A stretch of DNA of 64,000 nucleotides from Utricularia gibba (taxonomy: Eukaryota > Plantae > Magnoliophyta), in the NCBI GenBank assembly GCA_002189035.1, contig CM007989.1, positions 1,302,001 to 1,366,000 of the forward strand, written 5' to 3'. The position numbers and the translations under genes are program-made. Below are positions 63,672-64,000 of the stretch, piece after piece. The number at the start of each line of letters is the position of its first letter. The first letter of the stretch is position 1. Below the pieces are notes generated by a model. It was not told where the DNA came from and searched no databases. It was given only the letters and a program-made list of their open reading frames with translations.

Positions 63672-64000
63672 CTGCAACAGCCAGGGGTAGGAGATAGTGA
63701 TTAAGAGCTTCTAAAGAGAGCTAGTACCGGTAAACTTTGTCGTTACCCTGGTACATTGGTTCAAAGATGCTACTAGGTGTATGAAAGAGTCTAGCTTTCT
63801 TCTTTTGACGTTTTAAATTCCCTGTATCATCTAACCACTTCTTGTATACCCTACATACATGCGAGAAGAATAATATAAGGTTTAGCTTTGAAAGCAGAAC
63901 TGGCGAAGTTGTTTTATCATGAACCTGTTAGGCACACCAATAGTAGAATCCCATATCATCTTATGCCTCTGCCGAGTACTAGCATGGTCTTTTGTTGATG

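Overview
Eukaryotic plant (eudicot-like) nuclear DNA, gene-dense, with mostly short (about 70-100 nt) introns. I resolved 18 loci by manual splicing and motif recognition: KRP CDK inhibitor (-), THADA/TRM732 (-), ATAD3 (-), ROXY1/2-like CC-type glutaredoxin (+, frameshifted), NDUFAF6-like (-), GLUTAMINE DUMPER-like (-, start codon out of frame), ABCB15-like transporter (+), DUF707 gene (-), ATP12 (-), decayed KS-type dehydrin (+), the CDC26-TTM3 bicistronic pair (+), sucrase/ferredoxin-like (-), a Glu-rich titin-like/RBB1-like gene with 33 coding exons (+), RST1 (+, one frameshift), mTERF5-like (-), tRNA-Pro(UGG) (+) and the 3' end of a RAD21/SYN3-like kleisin (-, cut by the window edge). Main points of interest: (1) the CDC26 uORF-TTM3 bicistron, which is known from Arabidopsis and so not novel; (2) a gene of about 2,300 aa in which all 32 introns are phase 0 and which has grown by exon+intron module duplication and a near-perfect 4 x 120-bp repeat; (3) three otherwise intact genes each broken by one missing G in a G-run, most likely consensus-sequence errors; (4) a dehydrin that lost its K and S segments by frame changes but keeps an open His/Glu-rich ORF. 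Gene names come from recalled protein motifs, not database searches. Coordinates were counted by hand and may be off by a few bases.
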